This document shows, one piece after another, positions 18,988 to 29,060 of a DNA stretch of 64,000 bases. Source of the stretch: an uncultured cyanobacterium (GTDB lineage: Bacteria; Cyanobacteriota; Cyanobacteriia; Cyanobacteriales; Cyanobacteriaceae); contig CAVQBA010000001.1 of assembly GCA_963710605.1 (NCBI GenBank), positions 1 to 64,000 of the forward strand. The letters are read 5' to 3'. Each line of letters begins with the position of its first letter. The first letter of the stretch is position 1. The position numbers and the translations under genes are program-made. The notes beneath the pieces are model-generated. The model worked only from the letters and a program-made list of their open reading frames with translations. It had not been told where the DNA came from and did no database searches.

Positions 18988-20418
18988 TTAATCCTTGACT
19001 GACTGATATATATTTTTAAATTCTCTTTGTCGTTTTTTATGATCAACTATCGGTGAAGGATAATCACAATCTTCTATATTTTCAGGTGGTATTTTTCCTG
19101 TGACTAACTCTTCGGTATCTAAATGACGAATCTCAGGTAACCATTGACGAATGTATTCTGCATCTTGATCATATTTTTGAGCTTGAGAAGCAGGATTGAA
19201 GATACGTAAGGGTTTGGGGTCCATTCCACTAGAGGCACTCCATTGCCAACCACCATTATTAGAGGCTAAATCACCATCATATAGTTTTTGCATAAAATAC
19301 TTTTCTCCCCAACGCCAATCGATAATTAAATCTTTAGTTAAAAAACTAGCTACTATCATCCGACAACGATTGTGCATCCAGCCTATTTCATTAAGTTGTC
19401 TCATCGCCGCATCAACGATCGGATAACCTGTTTTACCCTCACACCAAGCGGTAAATAATTCTTCGTCGTTTTGCCACGGAAAATGTTTAAAATGTTCCCG
19501 ATAAGGACCATCTGTCAATTCTGGGTAAAAATAAAGACAATGCTGATAAAACTCTCGCCATGCTAATTCTTTTTGCCAAGTAATGATATTATCTCTAGCT
19601 TCATCACTACTACAATTATCTAATTGTTCGATCGTCTTTTGCCAAATTGTTCTAACTGAAATTGTGCCAAACTTAATTGCCGCACTCAATTTAGAAGTAC
19701 TATCTAATGCTGGATAATTTCTTTGCTCATTATAATAAACTAACTTATCATGACAAAAATACTCTAATTGTTCTTGAGCCGCTTTTTCTCCGGCGGATAA
19801 TAACAATTCATTGTCCCAACTATAACCTAGCTCTTTCAAAGTAGGAATTGAACCTGCTCCTAAATCTTCGGCTATGGCTGTTTGCTCCTGATCTAAACCC
19901 ACTAATTTATCAGGAATGGGGACAGGGTCATCTTTAGGTTGTTCTGCCCAATTACGCCAAAAAGGAGTATAAACGTTGTAGGGTTTTTCCTGACTTTTAG
20001 TCAGAATCTCACCGGGGGCGTGTAATAATTGATCCCAAAATGTTTTGACTTTAATATTTTCGGCTTCTAATTTTTCGGTTATTTCTTGATCTCGATCGCG
20101 GGCAAATGGTTCAATATCATTATTCCAATAAACTGCTTCTGCTTTTAAAGTTTTTGCTAATTCAGGAATTATTTTTTGAGGTGTAGAATGAAAAACTAAC
20201 AAGTCACTACCTTGTTTGTGATAATTTTCTTTTAATTCTTCTAATGAACCTAAAAGATATTTAACTCTTGCAGGAGCAATATCGTCTCTTTCTAAAATAG
20301 CAGGATCTAAACAAAATAAACTGATAACTTTAGGTGTTTCTTTGTAAGCGTTATGTAATCCCAAATTATCTTTTATTCTTAAGTCTCGACGATGCCAAAA
20401 AATAATTAATTTATCCAT
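18988..20418 (-). CDS. phrA: Class I CPD DNA photolyase
   Basis: WHRRDLR, WREFY, GKTGYPIVDAAMRQL..GWMHNR, DGDLASNNGGWQW. Confidence 0.93.
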   Translation of the reverse strand: MDKLIIFWHRRDLRIKDNLGLHNAYKETPKVISLFCLDPAILERDDIAPARVKYLLGSLEELKENYHKQGSDLLVFHSTPQKIIPELAKTLKAEAVYWNNDIEPFARDRDQEITEKLEAENIKVKTFWDQLLHAPGEILTKSQEKPYNVYTPFWRNWAEQPKDDPVPIPDKLVGLDQEQTAIAEDLGAGSIPTLKELGYSWDNELLLSAGEKAAQEQLEYFCHDKLVYYNEQRNYPALDSTSKLSAAIKFGTISVRTIWQKTIEQLDNCSSDEARDNIITWQKELAWREFYQHCLYFYPELTDGPYREHFKHFPWQNDEELFTAWCEGKTGYPIVDAAMRQLNEIGWMHNRCRMIVASFLTKDLIIDWRWGEKYFMQKLYDGDLASNNGGWQWSASSGMDPKPLRIFNPASQAQKYDQDAEYIRQWLPEIRHLDTEELVTGKIPPENIEDCDYPSPIVDHKKRQREFKNIYQSVKD

Positions 20419-20527
20419 ATTTTACTTAATATTTATTCTAATTAATTATACCAAAAAAGCTAATTTATAATTAATAATTGAATAAATTATTTACTGAATA
20501 AAATAACCAATTATTAACTATAAATTA

Positions 20528-22639
20528 TTAAGTAATTTGGTAAACAAAACTAAAAGTTACCCAAGAATTCATATTTAAAGCGTAAACATCGTTGGTATTT
20601 GGAGCTACATTATTAATTTGATGTAAATCTTCTAAGACCGATTTAGCCATATTAGCTGAGTTTTTTAAACTTAAAATTTGTTCATTTTGGGCTTTAAAAC
20701 CATTATTAATTCTTAAGCTTTCAAATGTTTTAGTTAAAGGTGATTTAGAACAAATAATAATTAGTTCTCCTAATCCTTTATTATCATTAATAAACCATTG
20801 AATACTATCGCTATTTTTAGGTAATGTTTTGGTTTTATTTGCTGTAACTAATTTTAATTCAGGACTATTAAATACAGAAATTTCTTGAACAGGATTAATA
20901 TCTAATACCATAAAATATAAATCCTCTTGGTTTTGATTATCAATTTTAATATTAATCGAACTATTTTGCGGTATATTGATTAATCGATCGTTTTGTATTT
21001 GTGATTGGTCATCTACACTAGAAGTAGATTTAACGCACTTGTAAACAGAATCATTATAATTAACTTCTACAGTACTAGTAACAGCTAGAGTTGAAGAATA
21101 TTCATTGTAAGTTAGATTTAATAATTTATAGGCTAAATCCGTATTTAAATAATTAAAATCTTCAAAACGTTTTACTGCACTATGAATTCCTTCATGTTCT
21201 GAAGTAGGATTAGTATATTTTAATGCTACTCCCGTAGGTGAAAATAAGCTATATCCTTGTTTTTCATCTGATTTATCGAGAATATAATCCACAAAATTAT
21301 TACCAATGGTAGATACAGCCGAAACAACTCCAATTGTACTTAAAGCACTAGTAGCATCAACTTTTTCAATTTTAGTTAGATTATTATTTAAACCAATATT
21401 TAAACCTAATTTTTCAGGCAAAATTCTTAATAATTCTTGAACAACTAAACCTTTTTTAATCAAATTAATATTATCAGTATTGACCGTTCCTTGAATAGTA
21501 TTTCCGCTAATCGAATTTATTTTTATCGTAATATCTTTTCCTTCGATATTTTTAACTTTTAAAATTGAATTAACTGTATAATTCAACAAAATAAGTAATG
21601 GTAAACCCAACAGTTTTACTTCGACATTATTTGGTGGATTAATATTACTAATAATACCTATTCCTTGGGATTTAGGTGAAAAAGATAGATGATAATTAAT
21701 ACTATTAGACAAATCTTGTGGTGATAATTCTATTTGACTAAGTTGATTGCTATATAAAGATATTTTAGTCGCTATTTTACTTTTCAAATTAGTGTTATCA
21801 ATCGGTTTAAAAGTTGTCCACATCGACTGAGTCAAGGTGTAGGTAAACAAACCTGCATGAAAGTTATTAGTATTTATTTCGACGGCGATATTCTCTGTCG
21901 TTGGGTATAAAACTATACCTGATAAAGAAGACTTTTGTTGACTGTTGGTGATACCTAATGCATATTGAGGATTTAGTTGTTGTTGGAAGTCTAATACTGT
22001 TTGAGCGATAGTAACTTGAGGATTGTATTGATAACCTCTTAAGGATATTTGTTTTTGAATTGAGTTAGATGCAGAAGAAAAGCTAGTATCAAAAACAAGA
22101 GTATATTTCTTGGTGTTGAGGTTTTCAGCTAAACTAATCATGGTATCGAGTAAAATATCATCTACTTGATTATTTTTAGCGTCCATCGTATCGTAGGTAA
22201 TAATACTTTTAACGGTAATATTCTTAGAGTCTGGATTATTAACAAGTACATTTCGACCATACCCACTAAAATGGAAAACAACTACATCATCTTTAGTGGC
22301 TTGTTGTAAGTGTTGGTTAAAACTAGTGATGATATTATCTCGAGTCGCTTTTTCGTCGGTAATAATCAAAATATCTTCAGGTTGAAAGCCGAAACGATGA
22401 ATTAGGAGTAATTTTTGTAACTCGACATCTGTTTTACAACCCTTTAAATTGCTATTACCGCTGGCGTATTTATCGATACCGACTAGTAATGCTAGTTTTC
22501 TTGCCGTGGGATTATCGTTAATAGTGGCGGCATAAGCATCTAATTGAGTAGGAGAAAAAACGGGTAGATTTTCCCATCCCCAAATTGTGGCGATACTGGC
22601 GGTTACTCCTTGTAAAAAATTTCTTCTAGAAAATTTCAT
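20528..22639 (-). CDS. Tat-signal caspase-like (C14) pseudo-orthocaspase with C-terminal DUF4384-like domain
   Basis: SRRNFL Tat motif; KLALLVGIDKY, LKGCKTDV; FSGYG and FDTS at the catalytic positions. Confidence 0.85.
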   Translation of the reverse strand: MKFSRRNFLQGVTASIATIWGWENLPVFSPTQLDAYAATINDNPTARKLALLVGIDKYASGNSNLKGCKTDVELQKLLLIHRFGFQPEDILIITDEKATRDNIITSFNQHLQQATKDDVVVFHFSGYGRNVLVNNPDSKNITVKSIITYDTMDAKNNQVDDILLDTMISLAENLNTKKYTLVFDTSFSSASNSIQKQISLRGYQYNPQVTIAQTVLDFQQQLNPQYALGITNSQQKSSLSGIVLYPTTENIAVEINTNNFHAGLFTYTLTQSMWTTFKPIDNTNLKSKIATKISLYSNQLSQIELSPQDLSNSINYHLSFSPKSQGIGIISNINPPNNVEVKLLGLPLLILLNYTVNSILKVKNIEGKDITIKINSISGNTIQGTVNTDNINLIKKGLVVQELLRILPEKLGLNIGLNNNLTKIEKVDATSALSTIGVVSAVSTIGNNFVDYILDKSDEKQGYSLFSPTGVALKYTNPTSEHEGIHSAVKRFEDFNYLNTDLAYKLLNLTYNEYSSTLAVTSTVEVNYNDSVYKCVKSTSSVDDQSQIQNDRLINIPQNSSINIKIDNQNQEDLYFMVLDINPVQEISVFNSPELKLVTANKTKTLPKNSDSIQWFINDNKGLGELIIICSKSPLTKTFESLRINNGFKAQNEQILSLKNSANMAKSVLEDLHQINNVAPNTNDVYALNMNSWVTFSFVYQIT

Positions 22640-22860
22640 TGTTAAATTTTGTCACCAAAATTAATGGTAATAGCTTTATCTAAATCATTGATTTTATCGT
22701 ATCAAAATTACGCTCAATAATTTTCAAAAATGTACAATTGATGATGGATAGTTTACATTACCTCTAACTAAATGTAAGAGAATTAGACACCAGAATGTTT
22801 GTTCTTTTTTTCTTTAAAAGCAAATGTTTTTCATTTCTCAATAAAAAACGTTATCTTTAT

Positions 22861-23664
22861 CTATAAGCCGATGTATTCTAAATAACTGGATAACAACCAT
22901 TCTCCTGCAAACATAGCGGTGATTGCACCCAAGACTAAAAATGGACCAAACGGAATCGGATTACCTTTAGATAGACGTTTGATGATAATTCCACCAACAC
23001 CGACAATCGTACCATAAAAACAAGCCACAAAAGTAGTAATCAGGACATTTTTCCATCCTAACCACACTCCTATCATAGCGGTTAATTTTGGGTCAGCACC
23101 TCCCATTGCTTGTTTTTGAAAAATTAATGTACCAAGAATTAAAATAATATCTAATAACCAAATTCCTACCACGCCACCAAGAATACCTTGAAAGAGAAAA
23201 TTAATTCCTCCTGAGAGATTATTGTCAACAAAACCTAACCAAAATTGATAAATCAAACCGATAACTAAACCTGATTGAGTTAGTGGGTTAGGTAAAGTCA
23301 TCGTATCTAAATCAATCCAAGCTAATGCCATTAGCCAACTAATGAAGATAACATAACCTAAACTGAGCCAGATAAAACCAAATTGATAAAAAACAGCAAC
23401 AAATAGTAAACCTGTCAATGCTTCAATAAAAGGATAACGAAAAGAAATTTTTGTCTGACACCAACGACATTTACCCTGTAACCATAACCAACCGAATACA
23501 GGTACATTTTCAGTTTTGCCTAAAGGATGTAAACATTGAGGGCATCGAGATGGAGGATGAATCAATGATAAATTCGCCGGTAACCGATAAATCACTACAT
23601 TAAGAAAACTACCAATACAAGCACCATAAATAAAAACAATAAAGTAAATAAGGAAAGTAATCAT
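22861..23664 (-). CDS. pilD: Type IV prepilin peptidase
   Basis: GSFLNVVIYRLP, SRCPQC, GKCRWC, IDLD..LP, MGGADPKL, IPFGPFL; ATG 23664 is the likely start. Confidence 0.93.
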   Translation of the reverse strand: MITFLIYFIVFIYGACIGSFLNVVIYRLPANLSLIHPPSRCPQCLHPLGKTENVPVFGWLWLQGKCRWCQTKISFRYPFIEALTGLLFVAVFYQFGFIWLSLGYVIFISWLMALAWIDLDTMTLPNPLTQSGLVIGLIYQFWLGFVDNNLSGGINFLFQGILGGVVGIWLLDIILILGTLIFQKQAMGGADPKLTAMIGVWLGWKNVLITTFVACFYGTIVGVGGIIIKRLSKGNPIPFGPFLVLGAITAMFAGEWLLSSYLEYIGL

Positions 23665-23771
23665 TATAAAAATTAAGGCTTTACCAATTAAGAATACTTC
23701 AATAACCTTAGTATAATTTGTTGACCAGAAAATCAAGGGTTTCAAGCCCCGAATCTCCCCCCTTCAGTAAG

Positions 23772-24004
23772 TAGGGCTGTTTTTCATTCAAAGGAAGAAG
23801 AAAATAGCTGGAAGCAAAAAATAAATAGCTAGAAGCAAAAAATAAATAGCTAGAAGCTCAAAATAAATAGCTAGAAGCTATTACTACATACTCGATCAAT
23901 CGCTCGTTGGTTACATTATGTTTTTACGAAAGCGAAAAAAATAGCTACATTTACTGCTATTTCTAGCGTTGTAAAATTTTTAAATTATACAATGAAATAG
24001 ATAA
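23772..24004. mobile_element. Second, inverted and degenerate copy of the 11539 MITE
   Basis: TAGGGCTGTTTTTCATTC start; AAAAAATAAATAGCTAGAAGC 21-bp repeats; ACTACATACTCGATC matches copy 1 in reverse. Confidence 0.8.
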
Positions 24005-24040
24005 TAGTCAATCGTTAAATTCAAAAAGAATGAAATAAAA

Positions 24041-25255
24041 ATGAATCAGCAAAACCAATTGCAGACAACTATCCCTCTTTCTTTGGTTAGCTATGGTAAT
24101 AAAATAATGCTAGTTATAAGATATGTTGAAGGTTGGACTGGTTTAACATTTGAAAAAGCCGAAGAATTAGTAAAAACTGTACCTGTTAAATTTGAAATAT
24201 CAATCGCTTCAAACAAACGTATCGCATTTCTCGACATACTTGAAGAATTACACAAACAAAGGATTGAAATTTATTTAGATGAAGATTTAAAACTAAGTAC
24301 ATTAGAATTAAAGAATCGAATTGATGAAGTAAATGATGAAACTACATTAGTTGAACGTTTAAGACAAATATTTCAGTCTTATTTCTATCTCAATCCAGAT
24401 TCAAATCGAGAAAAAATTTTAAAGGCAATGGCTTCTAATCCTAATACACCTTTAGAATTATTAGAGATATTAGGTATATATTACCCCGAGCAATTTTTAG
24501 ATAATCCTGCCTTCGATTTGTACTTATTTGCTAACCCCAACTTTTTAGCTGAAATACCAAAACAGACTTTAATTAGTTTACTCGATACCGATCGAGTTCC
24601 CAAATCATTGATTTCACTTATCTTAAATAACTCTCAAAATACAAATACATATATGTTGATTTTGAATAGCCATCATGATATTTGGAATCAATGGAGAAAA
24701 GACAACCCGAAAGTCAAAATCAATTTAAAGAATGCCAGACTCATGGGTGCTAATTTAGAAAATGTCAATTTAGAAAATGCTGATTTGAGAAGTGCTGATT
24801 TGAAAGAGGCAAATTTGAAGAATACTAATCTACTTAATGCTGATTTGAGAAATGCTAATTTAAGTGGTGCTAAATTAGATGACAACAGTAAAATATATTC
24901 TAAATGGCGACTAGTTTGCGAGATTGTTAGTAACGAGCAATCGAACCTGAATCTAGCTGGTGCTGATTTAGAAGATGCTAATTTAAGTTATGCTTATCTC
25001 AAAGGTGCTAATTTAAAAGGTGCTAATTTAGAAAGTGCCAATTTAGAAAATGCCGATTTGTCATTTGCTCATTTAGAGGGTGCTAATTTAAAGGATGCTG
25101 ATTTATTCATTGCTTATTTGAGAAATACTAATTTAAGTGGTGCTAATTTAGAAAATGCTGATTTAACAGATGCCAATCTTACTGGTGCGGATTTAAGGCA
25201 AATTAAAGTTAATAGTCAGACAAAAATCGACTCTCAATGGTTAAATCAAAAATAA
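24041..25255 (+). CDS. Pentapeptide-repeat protein with N-terminal L7/L12-CTD-like and LRV-like segments
   Basis: Long A-[ND]-L-x-x arrays; ASNPNTP motif. Confidence 0.85.
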   Translation: MNQQNQLQTTIPLSLVSYGNKIMLVIRYVEGWTGLTFEKAEELVKTVPVKFEISIASNKRIAFLDILEELHKQRIEIYLDEDLKLSTLELKNRIDEVNDETTLVERLRQIFQSYFYLNPDSNREKILKAMASNPNTPLELLEILGIYYPEQFLDNPAFDLYLFANPNFLAEIPKQTLISLLDTDRVPKSLISLILNNSQNTNTYMLILNSHHDIWNQWRKDNPKVKINLKNARLMGANLENVNLENADLRSADLKEANLKNTNLLNADLRNANLSGAKLDDNSKIYSKWRLVCEIVSNEQSNLNLAGADLEDANLSYAYLKGANLKGANLESANLENADLSFAHLEGANLKDADLFIAYLRNTNLSGANLENADLTDANLTGADLRQIKVNSQTKIDSQWLNQK

Positions 25256-25364
25256 TTCTTTTTAATCAAGATAATGAATTAGTCAACGAAAAATTAGTAT
25301 TGGTAATTTATTTTTCTACATAAATCGATTTGAAATAATTTATGATTTTAATCGTTTTTTTCAT

Positions 25365-26444
25365 TTAAAACAAACTAATTATTCCTAACCAAAACAATAG
25401 TATTAATAAACAACTAAACCCAATCGTTAAACGAGCTTGTTGTGGATTTTTAGTAATAATTGAACTCATTACCGAGCCTTCTGGATAAACAAAAGTAACT
25501 ATTGTTGTCAGACTCAAAACACCTAAAATCCAGTTTTGAACACTATTGAAGTTTTGGGTAAACAAGAATGGTGAAGTAGCGAGGGTAAAACCGAAAACGA
25601 TCGTTGTTAAGACAGAATAAAAAAGACTAACTTGAGCTTTAGGGGTAACAGAAGTATCTTTATTATTAACTTGAGTGATACCAAAATCAATCGTTAAATG
25701 AGGGGAAATAATACTCATTAACCAAGATAAAAATAAAATTAAAGTTAATCTAGGCAAGAAACTAATCGTTTCGCTATTAAGATAAGTTGTAGTCATAATA
25801 AACCAACTAATAGCTAACCACAATAACCATTTAATCATCACCAAAAATTGATCGGCAAAATGACGTATTGATTCAATAACTTGAACTAATTTTGTTACTA
25901 AAGGATGGTTGACAAAGTAATCACGGAATTTAGTTTTTAGTTTTTGTTGCCACGAAGGAGAATCTTGATTTGATGTTTCTGTTGGAATTGGAGTTAATTT
26001 AACTTTTGCTTGAGCGATACAACTACCAAACTTAGCTGTAATTGTATAATCGCCTATTTTGTCATCCGCAAAAAATAAACCATCTTGATAGATTACTCCT
26101 CCTGAGGCTTCCCATTTAACTTGCTCGATAGGAATTTGATTATGCTCAGAATCGATGCCAAAAACTGTAAAAATTTTTGATTCGTGATAATGTAATTCAA
26201 CTAACTCAGGAGAAATGATAATTTTTTCAAATTGCGGTAATTTATCCGAAAGATGATTTTTCAGAATAGAGTAAGCAAGATTAATTTTTTGAAGTTTTTT
26301 TTCGGCTTTTTTTTGAATTCTACCTTTATTTTCTAGCCTATCTGGATGCCAAACAAAGACTATATCTCGATAAGCTTCTTTAACTTCTTGGAGAGAATTA
26401 GTTTTCTCTAATTCTAATATGCGATAACTTTCTGGCAAATCCAT
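25365..26444 (-). CDS. J-domain membrane protein
   Basis: N-terminal J domain with WHPD; several C-terminal hydrophobic helices. Confidence 0.85.
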   Translation of the reverse strand: MDLPESYRILELEKTNSLQEVKEAYRDIVFVWHPDRLENKGRIQKKAEKKLQKINLAYSILKNHLSDKLPQFEKIIISPELVELHYHESKIFTVFGIDSEHNQIPIEQVKWEASGGVIYQDGLFFADDKIGDYTITAKFGSCIAQAKVKLTPIPTETSNQDSPSWQQKLKTKFRDYFVNHPLVTKLVQVIESIRHFADQFLVMIKWLLWLAISWFIMTTTYLNSETISFLPRLTLILFLSWLMSIISPHLTIDFGITQVNNKDTSVTPKAQVSLFYSVLTTIVFGFTLATSPFLFTQNFNSVQNWILGVLSLTTIVTFVYPEGSVMSSIITKNPQQARLTIGFSCLLILLFWLGIISLF

Positions 26445-26481
26445 TCAAAATAGTTAATAGTTAATCGTTAATAGTTAATAG

Positions 26482-27153
26482 TTAATTTTCACTCGGTGGT
26501 ATAACTTCTACTTCTTCTTCTTCTTCTACTTCATTATTAATCGGTTGTGGTTCTAAGTTGGGATCATTTATTTCTTGAGGATGAGGGATAAAGAACAACA
26601 ATAAGCCTGCTAAACACACGCTAACAAAGCCTAAAGCCGCAGGTGTGGTCTGTTCTACGACAGAGACTTCAGACATCCGATAACGACGGGATAATGGCGT
26701 TAATTCATCTTTTATTTGTGGTAAAGTTTGGTTATCTTGGGTAAATTGATCGATCGCATCTTGAAGATCAAATAATTGAATTGTGCTTAATTCTATTTCG
26801 AGTTTTTGTGCTTCGGGGTTATCTTTTTCTTCTTGCCAAACTAGTAAGTGCCGATTTTTATTGTCTATTTTTTTTAACTCTAGATAATGACTATCAACAT
26901 GAGTATTATCCACAGGATGATTTAAACCGCTCAATAAGCTTTGGGTATAACTACTAACCACCTGAGTTAGATTTTCTAGTAAAGTTAATCCTCCTTGTAA
27001 AATAGCTGGAGGTGTACTCATGATTTGACATTTTGCGAGAGTCAAAACTGACATTACCTGCGAAGAATTATCCTCACCATTATCATCAGTAAAACCTTGT
27101 AAAGATAAAATACAATTAGGAGAAAAATATTGACGATCGATCGAATTACTCAT
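26482..27153 (-). CDS. DUF4335-like cyanobacterial protein
   Basis: RQYFSPNCILSLQG, LSTIQLFDL..AIDQF, single TM. Confidence 0.75.
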   Translation of the reverse strand: MSNSIDRQYFSPNCILSLQGFTDDNGEDNSSQVMSVLTLAKCQIMSTPPAILQGGLTLLENLTQVVSSYTQSLLSGLNHPVDNTHVDSHYLELKKIDNKNRHLLVWQEEKDNPEAQKLEIELSTIQLFDLQDAIDQFTQDNQTLPQIKDELTPLSRRYRMSEVSVVEQTTPAALGFVSVCLAGLLLFFIPHPQEINDPNLEPQPINNEVEEEEEVEVIPPSEN

Positions 27154-27368
27154 AGATAAATAGACAAAAAGACAAAATCTGAATAATAATTTAATAATTT
27201 AATAATTTAATCATATAGCTAGATAAACTTAAAACACAAAACAAACGTTGTTTTCAACTACTTAGCTACAAGTTATCATAAATATTTAATAATAGGTTAT
27301 AAATACTTACTATCAAATATAACTCTACACTATTAAACAACTATTTGAGAATTAAAACTTTTGAGTTT

Positions 27369-27998
27369 TTATTTCACCTCTCCATCAAAAAGACTAGTCC
27401 AAAATCTTTGTTTACCTCTTGTGCCAGTACAAAAAACTAATTCTTCTAGTAAAGACAAAGCCAAAGTATTTAATTCTTCAGTAGATGATAAATAATATGC
27501 TACTTTAGCACGACGAGAATTCATTCTTCTTTCAAAATGAGATTTGAATCGAGTAAAATATTGTGAAAGACGAAAATTATTTTCCAAAGGCATATCTTTA
27601 TTATCCATCTGTTGTACAGCAACTAGTAACTGACGAATAGGAAGCATAAATTTTTTGGCAGATTCAATCGTAATTAATGTTAATGCTTTAGCCTGATTAG
27701 GGGTTAATGATTCTCTGGTGTAACATTTTCGCCACGGATTGCTACAACGTAAATGCCACAAACTGAGTCGATTATGGATTATGTCATTTAATTCTAACTG
27801 TTGAGCGATCGCTAACATATATTCAGAACCACCTAACTGTAGTGCTTCTAAAGCCAAAAGTAGTAAATCAAGATGTTTTTGAACCTTAATCATACTTGCG
27901 GTAGAAGAAACAGGAATATCAGATAATTCCCCCAGAATAGCCTCTGGTGAAGACGTTAGAGTATTTTGGTTAACTACTTCAGAACTAGATTCGGTCAT
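27369..27998 (-). CDS. DUF3038-like cyanobacterial protein
   Basis: LDLLLLALEAL, LRCSNP, LVFCTG..G..RFW.SLFDG. Confidence 0.8.
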   Translation of the reverse strand: MTESSSEVVNQNTLTSSPEAILGELSDIPVSSTASMIKVQKHLDLLLLALEALQLGGSEYMLAIAQQLELNDIIHNRLSLWHLRCSNPWRKCYTRESLTPNQAKALTLITIESAKKFMLPIRQLLVAVQQMDNKDMPLENNFRLSQYFTRFKSHFERRMNSRRAKVAYYLSSTEELNTLALSLLEELVFCTGTRGKQRFWTSLFDGEVK

Positions 27999-28235
27999 TA
28001 AAAATACAGATTGATTAATTTGAAAGTTTATTCTAACTTAAAAATGCCCATAACAGGATTAACAATCATCAATCAAATAAAATTAGGAAATTAATATTTA
28101 TTCTTTATTTTACTTCAAACCCATATCATTCAATAGATTAACTATAATTAGTTATTAATTATTTACTCTAATTCTAGCCATTTTTGGGTAAAATTTAGTA
28201 ACTACTAACTTTAAAATATTACTTAACCCGACAAA

Positions 28236-29000
28236 ATGCCAAGCGAAACAATAACACTAATGTCAAGTCGAGAAATCGAAAAAATGCGTCAAGCAGGAAA
28301 ACTAGCCGCTCAGTTACTAACACATTTAGGCAAAATGGTTCAACCCGGTGTTAGTACTTATTCCATCAATCAAGAAGCCGAAAAATGGACACAAGCACAT
28401 GGTGCTAAAAGTGCACCTCTAGGTTATCATGGTTTTCCTTGTTCTATTTGTACTAGTGTTAATGAAGTAATTTGTCATGGCATTCCCAATAAAAAACAAA
28501 TTCTACAAGAAGGAGATATTATCAATCTCGATGTGACACCTACTTTGGATGGTTATCATGGAGATACATCAAGAACTTTTTTTGTAGGTACACCATCACC
28601 ATCAGCTAAACAATTAGTAGAAGTTACCGAAGAATGTATGTACAGAGGCATTAATGCTGTCCAACCCGGAGGTAGAATTGGTGATATTGGGGCGGCGATT
28701 CAAGAATATGCTGAAAGTTTTGGTTATTCTGTCGTGAGAAATTTTGTCGGGCATGGTATAGGTAGAGTTTTTCATACACCTCCACAAGTCCCTCATTATG
28801 GTAAAAAAGGTACAGGTAAAAAGTTACGCCCCGGAATGGTATTTACGATCGAACCAATGATCAATATTGGTACTTATGAATCTGAATTATTAGATGATGG
28901 TTGGACGGCTTTAACTAAAGATAGAAAGTTATCCGCTCAATTTGAACATACTATTACTGTTACTCGTGAAGGAGTAGAAATTTTAACTTTAGATAAATAA
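28236..29000 (+). CDS. map: Methionine aminopeptidase type I
   Basis: CTSVNEVICHGIP, DGYHGDTSRTF, GHGIG, FTIEPM, SAQFEHT. Confidence 0.96.
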   Translation: MPSETITLMSSREIEKMRQAGKLAAQLLTHLGKMVQPGVSTYSINQEAEKWTQAHGAKSAPLGYHGFPCSICTSVNEVICHGIPNKKQILQEGDIINLDVTPTLDGYHGDTSRTFFVGTPSPSAKQLVEVTEECMYRGINAVQPGGRIGDIGAAIQEYAESFGYSVVRNFVGHGIGRVFHTPPQVPHYGKKGTGKKLRPGMVFTIEPMINIGTYESELLDDGWTALTKDRKLSAQFEHTITVTREGVEILTLDK

Positions 29001-29060
29001 AAGAATACAGATATCAACTATCAACTACTCTTCCCCTTCTTGATAACTTAATCATAAATT

